A stretch of DNA of 64,000 nucleotides from Hydrolagus colliei. Taxonomy: Eukaryota. The notes beneath the pieces are model-generated. The model saw nothing but the letters and a program-made list of their open reading frames with translations, was not told the origin of the DNA and made no database searches. The position numbers were made by a program, and so were the translations under genes. Positions 37,152 through 50,334 of the stretch are shown here, one piece after another. The stretch spans positions 7,936,001-8,000,000 of the forward strand of contig CM068757.1 of the NCBI GenBank assembly GCA_035084275.1, given 5' to 3'. The first letter of the stretch is position 1; every line of letters begins with the position of its first letter.

Positions 37152-37607
37152 TTGTGCTAATCAGCACCAGGAATGGATTCGGAAACACTCACAAATTGTA
37201 CCCAATTGTTTCGCCCCTTGATAACAGTGTCACTGCTTTAATCGCATCAGTGAGCTTCTGTCTCTCCAGCATTGTTTCCATTTTATTCAGACCCTGGTAC
37301 ATTATTACAAAAGAAAATTATAGACTGGGGTGAGCCGGAGGCTGTAATTTACGATGGGGGTTGAGACGGCATCAATAAATCATATAGGCTTCACTCTCAT
37401 GGCTTATGATGTCACCTGGACCCAGAGAGTAAATTATAGCCTTATTTCTCCAAAGCATCTATAAAGTTTCCACACAAAGTCAAAGAATAATAGCAGTGTG
37501 CAACGAGAACTTGGAAGTGATTCCTTGTTATTACATATTCATTCTACCTATCATCAAATGGATCCTTTTTGCCTTTAAAGGGGATTTCCCATTGCGAACT
37601 ATAATCA

Positions 37608-37821
37608 CAGAATTCCACCCAGTCTTGGTTTGGAAAACCATTTTGTCTTCCAATTCTAGACCAGTGTGAAAAAATCTGAATTTTTTTCAAACAAAACTGT
37701 TGAAAAAACAACTTCCAGGATCAGCACTCCCTCCCTCCAAGAACCTTCAATAATTCCGCACATCGGTAAATTTTCCAAAGATAAACCGGACTTACAGGCT
37801 TGAAACAAGGTGAAATTTTGG
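37608..37821. mobile_element. Degenerate MITE-like element
   Basis: Termini cagaattccacc and ggtgaaattttgg are near reverse complements. Confidence 0.35.
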
Positions 37822-39951
37822 ACTTGGTGTCTGCTTAGAGCTGGGCTAGACAGACCGATCCTAACCTCATGACACAGCATCAGTTGCTACAGTTCACCAC
37901 CACTTGGTGTGGTCAACAAGTATGTGGATTGTCTAAAATTTGCCTTTTGAAATGAATACCAACAATAACATTTGGCAGTGAGGTGAGTTAGCTTGAAATT
38001 AACTGAAGCAGAAAAGGTTTCTCTGGGCGGCACATTTTTGCCTCTCAGAAAATTCAGGCTCTGATCAAGGTGGAGATTTGGCAGATCACAAACAGTACCG
38101 TTTAACTGGCGTAACACAACAATAGGTTGTGGGACCAGACATTAAGATTAAGAACCCCAAGACAAATACTCCAGTCATCCCAGTATCCTCAGCTCCTTCA
38201 GGATCATGTGTGTGACATACTCTGCATCCATGTCTAGAAGCACCTCTGGCTGCAACCTCTCATACCACTTTTCAATAGAGTTATTTGTCGTTCGATTAAT
38301 GTGTGCAATCTTCAACAAGGTTAGAGTGTGTAAGCTCTTCACAGATAATGATGGTGGAAAGATTTCAATTAGACCATCCAAATATGTTATCATGATTGCT
38401 CACTCCTCACCTAACTCTGTGCAGTAATGTTGGCCCTTTAACATGAGACAGATGGCTGGAAGGTCCTGAAATCTATTCTAGTTTACACCAACTAATTGGG
38501 CCCTAGTTAATAGCTATTCCTTTATGGGGACAACTGGTTGCGAATGTATTTAAATTGCTTGCTCAATGCAGATGGTCCAATGAACAGGAGAATTTGGCTT
38601 CCACCAGGGTAGTGTCCCAATTAGCAGGATTCAACCGAGTTCAATTGACTGGTATTGACCATCCTGAGTGAATATCTGCTCTTACAGCTGTGAACGTTGT
38701 GTTGTTTTAGTGCATTAGCAATCTGTTTGCAGTGTCTCTCATGGCAGTGGATCAGTAGATGTGCTATACGTAATCCAGGTTTGGTCTAGGCTGGTGCACT
38801 CGCTGGAGGTGGTGAAAAAACTGAAGTTTGCATTTCCTTTGAGAGGAAAGAAGAGAAAGCTTTAACAGAATTGATGTCAAGTGTTACTTGTAAAAACCAT
38901 CTCCTGAACTTGCCCATTGTATATACTATACTACTGTTTCCCTTTCCCAACTCCAGCAAATAGAAATCTGCCTGCATCTATTTCTAAAACATCCAATTCA
39001 GTTCACAAGCAAATGCTTATCCAGTTACTTATTGAAGGACTAAATTGACACAGATTATTTGATGAATAGATCATGTCACTATGCCATAGGACACCTTACC
39101 TGAGTTGAGTCTCATCTAAATGCACCATGTAAGATAAATGTGTATTTCTATAATAATTATCCTTACATTTGTTATATACCACCATTCACATTGAGAGGAC
39201 ATCTCTAAAGTGAGGTGTCTGTGATTTTTTGTGGGTGACTGCTATACATTGCTAGGATCTGATGAACCAATATATAAAGGAAACAGACCCTTCAACTAAA
39301 AGTTTTCTCCCTGCCACCAGCAAATAGGGACCCAACGAGCTGGTCACTATCCAGAGAGTGGCTCACACATGGGGAGTAAACACGTTTTCTGTGCCTGTTT
39401 GCAACCTGTAAACCATTGCGGCTGGGCACCAATAATCACTTAAACGGTTTGTATATTTAATGCGAAAGTTGCTGCAGTTAAGCAAAACTTCAACTTGACT
39501 TTTGTTCTTAATTTTGTTTTCAACTTTTCATCTTTCAGTGTGGGTGAGCCAGTGTTGGATCAATTAGCAGTCTCCTCTGCATGCATAACACAGATAGGCA
39601 TGAGCGTTCCAGTAATGAGTTCTTGCAGGAAATACTAAGGAGATAGATCCATGTTAGATGCTATATCAAGTGTGAGTGTGGGCGGGGAGTGGGGGTTGGG
39701 GTGTCGTTTTTAATACATAGTCATTATTTTGTTATAAAATCCTTATCACGGCAAAGTTTCTGATTAGTTTTTTTTATTAATTTTGAGATCTTTCCCAAAA
39801 TGAATATCCACTTAAATCACTTAAAAGTGACATCTAATATACCCAGTTACAGGGTCTAACTGTGATCCTGACAAACCGAACAGATCTTGCAATTACACGC
39901 TATGAAAGATACCTCTGCCATAATTATTGAATTGCAGTTACAATCATGTAT

Positions 39952-39996
39952 TTTTAATGGTTGCAAATGGAATCTTTTAATGGTTGCAAATGGAAT
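39952..39996. repeat. Perfect short tandem duplication (22 bp, period 23)
   Basis: ttttaatggttgcaaatggaat x2. Confidence 0.95.
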
Positions 39997-40301
39997 GTAA
40001 ATAAGGGAGCATGATGTATCCACCGTTACTGTATGTACAAGGCTGGAAAGTTTGTGAGTACTGTGTTTGTACATCGGCTGCATAATTCAGCACCGAATAT
40101 ATTAGCTCATCCCTTATGAGCAGCAGCTGAATACATTCTCTTAATTTGAAAGAGAAAATGGAGCTGACCTTTAGAAATTACAAGACCAATTGGGTTTAAC
40201 CATGAGGACAGCTCTCTCCACACTCTCCCCTTCCCATTGTGACAGGGCTATGAAATTGTCGCTGTGGCAGCGATTTCAGTCATTATTGTGGTTTGATGCA
40301 G

Positions 40302-40788
40302 TAATAATAATAATAATAATCCTTGCATTTGATGCAGCGCCTTACACGTCAGAGAGAACGTTTGAAATTGCTTCACAGGATTTTACCTGCGTATTTTGTA
40401 GGTGAATCCAGTAGCCAATTTCTACACAGAACCATCCCCAAAACAGCCATGAAATGAATAACAAATTTTAGTTAGGGAGTTATTGAAGCAGTAACTGTCC
40501 AGCGCCTTGGGACGTCCTCCTGACGTGAAAGGCGTAATTTTGTTTATTTGTTTGTATTGACAGTGACACTGGGAGAATCGCCCTTCTCTTTTTAAATAGG
40601 GCAATAGTCTCTTGAAGTCTTGCCTGGACAGGAAGACGAGACCTTGTTTTTTTCATGTCTCATCTGAACAATGGCACTCCTCCCAGCATTGAACTGGAGT
40701 GTCAGGTTAGACTATGAATTCAAAGGGACTCAAATCCACAACCTTCTGACCCAGAGGCAAAAGTGCTATCAACTCGGCTAGGGTGACA
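40302..40788 (-). mobile_element. Full-length DeuSINE/SacSINE1-like SINE with nested L2 tail (40493-40557, +)
   Basis: Tail, body, Deu region (tctcatctgaacaatggcac), head gactcaaatccacaaccttctgacccagaggcaaaagtgctatcaactc. Confidence 0.8.
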
Positions 40789-41964
40789 CATGTTCTTTTT
40801 AAAGGAACGTGTATCAGGGACATTGGACATTACCATTCTCTACCATGCAGTGGTATAAGATATTTAAGTGTTGCTGCCCATTAATTGCCTAAATATTGTT
40901 CCAGATGAGACTGATGTATCTACCCTTTTTATTTCCTTATTTACAATTGCTCGTGAGTTTGGAACATTGGTGTAATTACCTCATTCTAATGGACGCCAAA
41001 GGAAGAGAAGTGATTCAAAACTAATTATCATGCACTTGCATGTTTATTTCAACATATTGCTTCTAAATCAATAAACCTACAAATCAAAAGAACTCCTATT
41101 CATGAAGGCTATTAGATTATTTTGGCTAAATACTAATGCAGCTCTCTACAGCTTCCATTCCACAAAGGGGCTGAATAACTAAAAGACAGACTGAAGAAAA
41201 ACATTGGTGCTGTTTTTAAAACTATGTGAAAGTATTCATTAATCCTGTTTGGGGTTCAAAATATTCAAATGGCTCCTACTTACATTATCACAACTGATTT
41301 TGCTGTGCCCAGGGATTTTTTGCTGAGAGCACATGACTGATCTGTATCCATCAAGTGTTCTTCCTAATTCATGTACAAATGCTCCTTATTTCCATAAATC
41401 TCACAGTAGACATTAATAGGGCTTAAAAGCATGTTGGTTAAAAGATAATAATAGTGTTGCGCATTGGGGGCTGTCATCAAATGGGAAAATGGAAAGTGCT
41501 ATTTAAATCATCCTTTTTCTTTAGTCAGAGAAGCAATATTCTCATGTTGTCAACCAATCCTTTATAAACATGTAATTATGTTCAGTTTATTTTTAATTTA
41601 TATTCCATCTCTCTCCACCCCCTCCCTCCACCCCCCACCCCGGCACTTTGAGGTCTCACACCAACCACTGTGAGAGACAGGGGAGTGTTAAATTGAGAGC
41701 TTCTCTATCATATCTGCCAGAATCAAACACTTTAGTTGTTTCTCTGCACAGAATGAAGTGAGTTTTAGTCTGACTCAGTCACATTCAGATCAGAATGTTG
41801 TGGATCCAAACCTCACCTCACACCAAAGCTTGAGTGCAGTGATGTACTGAGAGGGAGCCTCAACTTTCCATACCATTGTATAGTCTTCCTCTTATGAGAA
41901 TGTGTTTTGAATTCTTAAAGGCTTAACTGGGAGCTCAGTGATTTACTGCCTGAGTTACGAATAC

Positions 41965-42378
41965 TAGTAATCTTTGCATTTGATATACAGTAGTGCCTTA
42001 TCACATTGCCAAACTGTCTCATAGCGCTCGCAGGATTTACTGAAAGTACAGTGACTGTGTAGGCAAGACAAAGCAGTCAATTTGCAATTAGCACAGTAAT
42101 GTTATACAAATAATCATGAAGTGAATGAACAATTTTACCTGCAGGATTGTTAGCCAGGACACCAAGGGAAAATACCGTCTGTTTTTTGTGTAGTGGGCAT
42201 CCAACTAAACAGACAGACAAGATCAGGGCTTAACATTTCATTTGAAGGATGGCAACACTGACAATACAGCGCTCCCCCTACACAACACTGGAATGTCAGC
42301 CTAGACCATAAGTCTCAAAATCCCTCGAGTGGGGCTTCAACTCAAAATCTTCTGGCTCAATTTCTACCAACTGAGTTC
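41965..42378 (-). mobile_element. Full-length DeuSINE/SacSINE1-like SINE
   Basis: tagccaggacacc...ttaacatttcatttgaaggatggca...gtcagcctagacc...gagtggggcttcaactc...ctaccaactgag. Confidence 0.8.
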
Positions 42379-42572
42379 CACAGAGTCAATCTTATATTCT
42401 ACACTCATCCCACACTAGGGAATGAAGTGAGTAGCGGACACTCCACTCTGCCTACCATATGGTGGATACAACCAGTTCAACAAACCACACCACTGGAACT
42501 CCTTAATTGCTAAATAAATCAATGAACGTAAGCAGATGGAAGCATTAGTTAGTGCTCACTAGTGCCCATTTT

Positions 42573-42898
42573 ATAATAGTAATAATAATCCTTGCATTTG
42601 ATATAGCGCTTTCCACATCTTATCAACGTCCCAAAGCGCTTCACAGAATATACTGTAAAGTGAATTGACTGTATATATTTGTGGGCGAATCGCGGCAGCC
42701 AATTGCGCACAGCAGTGTCCCACATACAATCGTGGATTGAAATGACAATTGTATTATTGTGTTTTTTTGGAGGGATTATTATTAGGCGTGTGGAGTAAGG
42801 AAACTTGCCCAAGGTTTCGCCCTGACCTGCCTGGATTCGAACACAGGTCTCCCCAGCTTGCAAGACAAGTGCTCTAACCACTGAGCCACAGGAGCTCC
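42573..42898 (-). mobile_element. Best-preserved full-length tRNA(Ala)-SINE, short variant
   Basis: Head GGAGCTCCTGTGGCTCAGTGGTTAGAGCACTTGTCTTGCAAGC...GTTCGAATCC; CpGs retained; (ATT)n tail. Confidence 0.93.
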
Positions 42899-43261
42899 AC
42901 GAGTAACACACGGGAGGTGTCAGAGAGGTAAATAGTTCTTGAGGAATTCAAAGGGCTTTCTATTTTTTCCAGTATCTTGTAAGAATTCTCCTCAATCCTG
43001 GAATGACAACCTTGGTCAGCCAACAGTTAGGTTTTACATCGGTATGGAAAGGTAGCATTGTGGCATTTGATGGACTGAAAGGTGATTGCATTTGCTCTAA
43101 GTCATTTCTGCGGCTTCCTTGAATCTTTTTAAATATAGGAAATAAAAACGTCATTGCACATACCGTCTGTCACATCAGGAGCGTATCTGAGTTTCACGGG
43201 ATTAACTGTAAAATGTTGTGTTGGTTATTTGAAGGCAAATGAGGCAGCCAATATTGTGCAT

Positions 43262-43460
43262 TAATAATAATCCTTGCAGTGTATAGTAACCCCCACCATA
43301 TGACATTGTTGAGATATTACAAAGTCCTCCATGGGCTACACTGTAAAATGAATTGACTGTGTATTTTGTAGACAAAATGTGACAGAAAGATGTGCACATC
43401 AACGTCAAGCAAACAGCCATGAAGTAAATGATCAGTTTTACCTGGAGGATTATTATCTCT
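43262..43460 (-). mobile_element. tRNA-SINE 3' fragment
   Basis: taataataatccttgcagtgtatag...gaattgactgtgtattttgt...ggaggattatt. Confidence 0.75.
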
Positions 43461-43689
43461 AGCACATCAGAGAGATACTTCCTTCCTGTTTCAAATAACA
43501 AACTGCGAAAATGTTTTGAATATCAGTGTTTTTATTTTCATGTAGCTTGATGAAGGTAATTCCAGGTGACAGAAACAGTGAGAAGATTATTTTGGCCAAA
43601 AAAAGGGAAGCTTTGTCTCTGTCCTCCGCTTTAAAATGCAGCTTGACTTTCCTGGAATGTCTAGAGAAACACCATAGATTTTTTTTATA

Positions 43690-44060
43690 GGTCTCTTTGA
43701 ATATTCAGTCATTTAAACGGTAACCACATCTTATTAAAAATGCATGACATGGTGCGCTTTAATTGTCAGTGGTGCAGTGTGCTCTGAATAGCCTTTAATA
43801 GTCAAATATTGGTCATTAGATAATAAGGGTTGATAAAACTATAGGGGCAAAATGTAAAAATGCTTGTATCGATTAGACAGCACCTTAATAATGAAAGTGT
43901 GGGCCTGGGGACGAAAGCCATGGATCATTTTGACAATTCAGCCTTAGATCGTGGATGAGACAGTACAGGGACAATTAATCCCTCTGAGCTGCAAATCGCA
44001 AGTAAAGTAGTAGCAGCTCATTACTACCTGACCTTGCTAAATGGCCTTGAAAGGGCTTGC
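43690..44060. promoter_or_regulatory. Putative conserved non-coding block
   Basis: Repeat-free with dense TAAT/ATTA, TGTCA/TGACA, ATCGAT and TAATCC motifs; conservation not tested. Confidence 0.3.
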
Positions 44061-44289
44061 GACCTTCCTGGATTTGAAAAGTTTGCAGAGCGGCAGCGAG
44101 AACAATTTGTTTCCAATGTTAGAAAATTGAACAGCTCTTTGACGCGATGGGGAGATCAAGTGGGTTTGTTTGGCTTGACCTTGCCAGGAAGGGAAGGGGA
44201 AATATCACAGAATGCAGCTCAGTGAAGATGCTACGGAAACAAAGAAGCAAATTAAACTGCGTTGTGCTTTGTTGAATGGTGTCTATTTC

Positions 44290-44667
44290 GCTCGGTCGAT
44301 GCCACTCTAGGGTCTGGGTCAGCGGATTGGGGTTCAAGCCCCACGTCGGGACTTGAGTTGACAGTCTAGTGCGGTGCTGGGGGTGAGAAGTGTCGGAGGT
44401 ACCGCTTTTGATATGTAGTGAAGCCTGTTCAGGTGGATGCTAAAGAAGTAGCGTTTCACTATTCGAAAAGAGAAAGGAGTTTCTCCCTGTGTCCTAGCCA
44501 GTAGTCCTTCAGGTAAAATCGATCATTCTCGATAGCTGTTTGCGGGACCTTGCTATGTGCAAAATGGCTGCCATGCTTTCCTACAATAGTCAGCACACTT
44601 GACCATTTTCGCCGATTACATGTTTTGAAACATTTCAACGTGAAAAGGTACAATAAAAATTCAAGGC
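44290..44667 (+). mobile_element. Near full-length DeuSINE/SacSINE1-like SINE
   Basis: B box gggttcaagcccc; tgtcggaggtaccg; cctgttcaggtggatg; gtttgcgggaccttgctatgtgcaaaatggctgcc; L2-type tail. Confidence 0.82.
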
Positions 44668-44766
44668 CCTTCCTTCCCATAAGTGTTCAGTGAAGGCTGA
44701 CCTAATGAGGTTTATCGGGTAGCAAGCATTTAAAACAAAAGCTCAGCTCTGTGCATGCCCTGATAT

Positions 44767-45145
44767 ATAATAATAATCATTGCAATTGGTTTAGCGTTTT
44801 TCAGAACTGCTAGTTGTCTCAAAGCACGTCATAGCGCCGTGGGACGTCCTCCTGACATGATAGGCGCTATACAAGTGTAATTTTGTTGTTGTTATTCACA
44901 GAATTTACTGTAAAGTGTATTGACTGTATATTTGTGAGTGAAACCTGGCAATCAATTGCGCACAGTAATGTCCCACAAACAGCTTTGGGTTGAATAGACC
45001 AATTTATTATTGTGTTTTTTTTCTTGAGGGATTATTGTTAAGCGTGTGAAGTAAGCAAACTTGCCCAAGGCTTCGCCCTGCCTGATATCAAACCCAGATC
45101 TCTCACTTGAGAGGTGAGTGTTCTTCCCACTGAGCTGAGGACTCC
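44767..45145 (-). mobile_element. Full-length tRNA-SINE, short variant, with nested L2 tail (44833-44893, +)
   Basis: SINE ...tctcaaagc is interrupted by agcgccgtgggacgtcctcctgacatg...ttgttgtt and resumes ttcacagaat. Confidence 0.88.
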
Positions 45146-45352
45146 ATCAGAACTGATGTCAAATTTCTGGATCTAAATCTGCAGGAGATCTACCTCTATA
45201 CCAACCAAGTCTAAATGTCCCAACAACAAGCCACTGAAGGCCAGTTTTGGCTTTTTATAATGGCTTTTAATGGCAATACATCACAGAATTCAATTTGCAC
45301 AATTAAAATTTTGTAGACTCAGGTAGATAGATTTTGGTTAGGTAAGAGTATA

Positions 45353-45457
45353 ATAGAGATATGGAGCAAAGGCAGGTAAATGGAGTTGAGGTACAGATTG
45401 TCCGTAAGAATGACAGAACAGGCTTGAGGAGCTGAATGGCATACACCTAGTTCTCTG
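45353..45457 (+). mobile_element. CR1 LINE 3' end
   Basis: ggcaggtaaatggagttgaggtacag...caggcttgaggagctgaatggc; matches 16940-17042. Confidence 0.78.
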
Positions 45458-48400
45458 CTTTTCAAATTGATTCTTTGCACTCTCTGGCAGCAAACGTGCC
45501 AAGGATCGCAGGCCAGGTCCTGAGCAGTGTGAAATCTTAGGCAGCTAATAAAACTTATTTTTAGCACAATAGTGTATCAATCGCTGCTGTAATCCGATCA
45601 GTAATATATTACAATAAATTTGTTGACGCAGTTACTTCTGTCTCTTTATACACTTTATACTCTTTGTGACTGTTTGAAATGCACACATTTCCTTTTCAAT
45701 CAAAGAACCATCTGCCAGTGATTTCTTTAAGAACAAACAAGCTGATTTGAATGTATCAGAACTTCAGGTCTGCGCAAACTGCTTCTGATAAATATCTAAT
45801 TGAGCTGCGCAGAAATGCATCAGATCTTTAATCTTCAGCCCCTAAAAGAAAGCAATTTGTTTCATTTTCTCACAATAATTCTATCACAAAATATTGTATT
45901 CCCTAAACAGCCGACACATAATTCATTTGGAGGATTCTAAGTCCACTGAGTGAGATTGGGTGTAATGTTTGTTGTGGCATGGTAACAACTGGCCCACCGG
46001 GTGTGGGTGTGAGTGGGGAGAAGGGTTTGGGGGCATTCTTAAGGTCCAAAGTACAATGAATGAATTTGGGAAAATGCAAACAAGTTCCCCTGCTTATAAT
46101 TGAGGGGCTAATTCTGATTTACCAATAACTCTTAGATGGGCCTTAAGAATACAGTATGGGAAAGAGGAAAAGAGCTATATTATTGGATGTGGTGGGGGAA
46201 GACGGACTGAGGTGTATAGTGTTTTGTATGGTTGAATGTAGCATTTTTGAAGCATTCACTTTTCCCCAGGATTGAGAATAACAGTTTACATGATTTAATG
46301 TTGCTCTGTTGCACCGGATGCATTAGGCCCCAAATTGTGTTTAACCCTGAACCTTTAATCTAACCCTGATTACACAGCATCCAAGGGTCTGAGAATAAAT
46401 ATAAAGACTTGAGTGGTCCACATCCAGTCATGAACAGCTTGCAACATATGTATTAATTGGTATCGACAGAGCATTTCCAAGATGCCACCTCTCCAATATA
46501 TCACCTCTCCAATGTGCGATCAAATGACGATAAAGGATGTTTCTGGCACTGCTCTGGGGAGTAAAAAAACAGGTCATTTAGGTGAAAGACAATCTTGTAC
46601 TGTCTTACCATTCCATAGAATCACCCATATGTAATTCCCCAGCACATTGTAATACAGTACTTCACTGCTTCATTAATTTGATAGTGCTGGTCCTCAGAAT
46701 ATTTTGGATGTGGTGACACTGTAGTGAGTAGAGTATTTCTGTGACTCCACTGTTTTCAAATGAGTTGAATTGAGATTTAGCCTTTATTGAACTCGTTTAA
46801 GAGCCAGGTTCTCTAAATGAGGTATCATTTACTGGTAATAAAAAAAACTCTAGTAACTTGTCAGCAAGCTGTAGATATAATGAGAATTGTTGTCACTTCA
46901 AAGAAGTGAGATCTCTTATTGTAGTTCAAAATCACAGAAGACACAGGGACAAGCTGTTTTAAGAGCAGTGTGGTCCTTCTCGCAATAACACTCTGCATTA
47001 CTGCCAAAACCCTTGCTGTGATTCCTGCATCTCATTGATAGTACTTGCAGCAATTTGGTTATCCTCTCCATACACTACTGTCGTATCTCCCACCCGGCTG
47101 CAGCAAAGTGGTATTAATGTGGTAGTGTTTGTATAATAGAATGGGCTAGCCTTCGTATTTTGACAATTGGTTAGTATCAGTTTCCTATTTGTTGGTACAT
47201 AGTGACATTCAGCCATTGCTATGCACGGTTTGAGTTGAAGTCACGGAGCACACTTGCTCTCAAGAGATTCTCATGTCTTGCGATATTGCAAAGTTCTCTA
47301 TTATTTAGAGCTGACAAGCTCTCATAATATCCATTTAGCTCTCATAGTATCCCTATAGGATGAGGTCAATGTTTCTCAGGAGGAAAGGTAGATATAAGAA
47401 ATACAATAATAATCCTTACATTTGATATAGCGCCTTATCAGGTTGCTTCAGAGAGGATACTGTAAAGTGAATTGATTGTGTGTTTCTGTGGGCGAAACAA
47501 AATGAAACAAAATGATTGGGACATTACAAACAGAAACCATTATTCTATAACACGGTGGAAAGGCACTCTGATCCACTGTGCTACTCTGCCCCCTTTCTCT
47601 TCACTGAACAGTTATTATTATTATTATTTTTATTACAAGTGTGGTGGTCTGAAGTTATAGGCAACGTAAATGATCTACCTCAGGCCATTTGGCGCTTCTT
47701 CTCTTATCAAATTAAAGGCAGGATTGAAGGTGGACAAGTAAATTCCAGTCTTGCCCTCCAGCCATTCCAGCCTATCCTCTACTTGGCACAGTACATATCA
47801 TTATTGCTTAATCCAGATCTATTCTGCCAGTTTCTCCTAGTAAATCGATACCACACTCAAAGCGGTTCAGGGAAATACAGAGGAGAACCAGAAAAAGAAC
47901 AGTAAGGCAATAACAGAGAAAGTGTCAGGACAAAGCTATTGAGTGACATAAATTGGGGTATGAATATAAGCCAGAGCTTCTATTCTGAGAACACCTGAGA
48001 ACATCTTGCTCCATGGGCAGCAAACTGCAAGTAGCTTGTCCAAATGATCACTATTCACTCAAGTATAAGACCAGACAATGAGGGTTGACGGACTATGCAA
48101 TTATGGTAAATGATTATGTTAAACATGGTCCAAATAAATCTAAAACAGGAGGACACCATCACTTGAACTCAGAAGACGCAAGGTGAACAGCTGGTTCAGG
48201 ATTAGATTACATAACACACAGAACAATGGAATGAACTAACAGGGAGGAAGTGATGGCAGGTTTACTGTGTCAGCAAAGTTTCCAAGTCAAATGAAGTTGG
48301 TTAACTGCAGGCCAAGTAATTGAAGGTTATGAAAAACGTAGGATATTTTTTAATATGTAGGGACAGGCAAGATGGATGGCATGGTCTTTTCGAGTGCTGT

Positions 48401-48476
48401 TCATTCCAATATTCCTGTCCTCTCTTCATCTGACATACTTGCATTTACGTACACAGTTTACCACAGTGGTCACACA

Positions 48477-48828
48477 ATACTGATCAGGTGAGAGAGGCCA
48501 GCCTGAACTTGCTCCCCCACCCTCCATAACACTGGGGCACTGAGGACTATTGAAATGACCCTACACCAATCCTGGCCTGAGACACTTAGGAACATAGGAT
48601 CAGGAAGAAGCCATTGAACCTGGTTGCCAGTTTAATAGAATAATAGCAGATCTTTGATATATCTTTCTTTTAAACAATCTGCCTTATTGCCTTCTGTTGC
48701 TATGGATTCCACATTTTCTGATCTCACTTCTAACCATCGTTTCTCGGCACAGACCGGAGTTTGAGCCTGGGACCTTCCTGGGCCTTATGGCTCGGTACTA
48801 CATGGGCAGTGACCTTATCCACTGAGCC
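48477..48828 (-). mobile_element. AmnSINE2-like tRNA-SINE interrupted by an antisense CR1 tail (about 48585-48740)
   Basis: Minus strand ggctcagtggataagg...gagccataaggcccaggaaggtcccaggctcaaactccggtctgtgccgag [insert] tctcaggcc...gtcctcagtgcccc...cctgatc. Confidence 0.6.
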
Positions 48829-49726
48829 TCGTGTGGTTTTTCCTTTTGTTTCTTGTGACAGCAGTTACAGTTCTTCAAAACAGCCATTGCTGAATTTCCT
48901 CTGTTGGCAATTTGAAAGACAAGATTGGAGTCCCAGAGCACTGGTAGAAAGAGCACTAGTTCCCCCGAGTCCTCAACACACATTGCGTGCATCAGAAACA
49001 AGAATGACAGCAGCAGAGGTAAATACATGTATGAAGGCTTGGACCAGCTTTGCCGGGGATACTGAGGCAACAGAGACAGAAAGAGTCACAGACTGGCAAG
49101 CAACATATTTTCTGAGAGACCGAATATTTGACGAGAGGGAGTCTGGAAGGGAGAAGGCGAAAGGCAGAGCGAGCGAGACCTGGAGACTGCCCCACTCATG
49201 AGGATCACTAATGCACTGGCCTACGCGGCTTGTTAATTATTTCTGTTCAAGTGCAAGAGGCAGCCAGTGTTAACCCCTTCGAACAGCACACAGTCCTGTT
49301 TAGTTATGAGCAATTTGCTTATAATCACAAGGTTTGGATTTCACTCCTAAGCTGCACTCTACAGTATATACTGCATAGCATTTATTTTGAGGCATCTCAG
49401 CAATGTGATAAGATACTATATTGTTATTACTTTCATGTTGTGTGCTGCGCTCAGTTGTGATGTTTAAACCAATTAAACTATTTCTTCAGAAAAGTGAGGA
49501 GCTCACTGCTTGTCCGTCCCTGCTCTGTCCCTCCCCTGTCCTCTGCCACTCCCTGCTTCTGTGGCCGGCCCTCGTAATCGGCCTGCGTTTCATTCTGTGA
49601 CTCGTTCAGGCATGTCCGAACTTGGAGATTGCCCAGTGTCAGTTCTGTGAGCCGCCAGCAGGAGGCAACCTTTGTGGCCATTCTCTCACTGCCTGCGTGG
49701 AAGTGTCTGATCTCTATCTCCACTTC

Positions 49727-49797
49727 TACAACAACAACAGTAACAAACTTACATTTGTATCGCGCCTTTCACGTTGGGAGGAAGTCCCAAGGTGCTG
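49727..49797 (-). mobile_element. L2 tail-only insertion
   Basis: (aac)n...ttacatttgtatcgcgcctttcacgttgggaggaagtcccaaggtgctg. Confidence 0.82.
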
Positions 49798-50025
49798 CGC
49801 AGAAGCTAAGTTCTGCTGGGTTATTTAAACCCTAAATTGTCGAGCCCAGATTGTAAGTAATGTCACTCTTCCCGAGCTGACAGTAGCATTGGGGCAAGAG
49901 GAGTATGGCACTCCCTGACAATAAGCTGTTTGTGGAACCTTTTTGGTGCAGATTAACTATCACTCTTGTCTATACGACAACAGTCGCTACACTTTAAAAT
50001 AACTTTCCGAGCGAAACCCTTTGAG

Positions 50026-50158
50026 ATAATAATAATCCTTGCATTTGATAGCGCACCTTATCACGGTGTCGAGACGTCTCAAGGTGCTTCACAGAATATA
50101 CCGAGAAGCGGATTGACTGTGTATTTTGTGAGGGGAAATGTGGCAGCCAATTGCTGTG
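50026..50158 (-). mobile_element. tRNA-SINE 3' fragment
   Basis: ataataataatccttgcatttgatagcgc...gtggcagccaattgc. Confidence 0.85.
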
Positions 50159-50334
50159 TAAAACCTGATCATTTAAAGAACGTTAAATACGACAAGTAGT
50201 CAGTGCAGTTGGACACTCACAGTCTTTAAATGTTGTAAATGCATCAGAGCTCCGATCGTTTTGCAGAGACACACCAATGCGTGCGTAGAGGCAGTATTCA
50301 ACACCAAGATGGGACAGTGCTTCCATTTCAAACA

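Noticed and set aside
39500-39549. Strong acceptor followed by TGTGG|gtgagc (5-nt microexon)
   Set aside because: Not frame-preserving and expected by chance in 64 kb
42830-42898. tRNA-Ala-like sequences (also 510-581, 11042-11105, 51826-51870)
   Set aside because: These are SINE heads: there is no intact acceptor stem and each continues into the SINE body and tail
48761-49201. 146-aa ORF and possible exon 48862-49018 (acceptor tgacag, donor GAG|gtaaat, ATG for MTAAE)
   Set aside because: It starts inside a SINE at a non-ATG codon, has no recognisable homology, and the exon length is not frame-preserving; unsupported without RNA data
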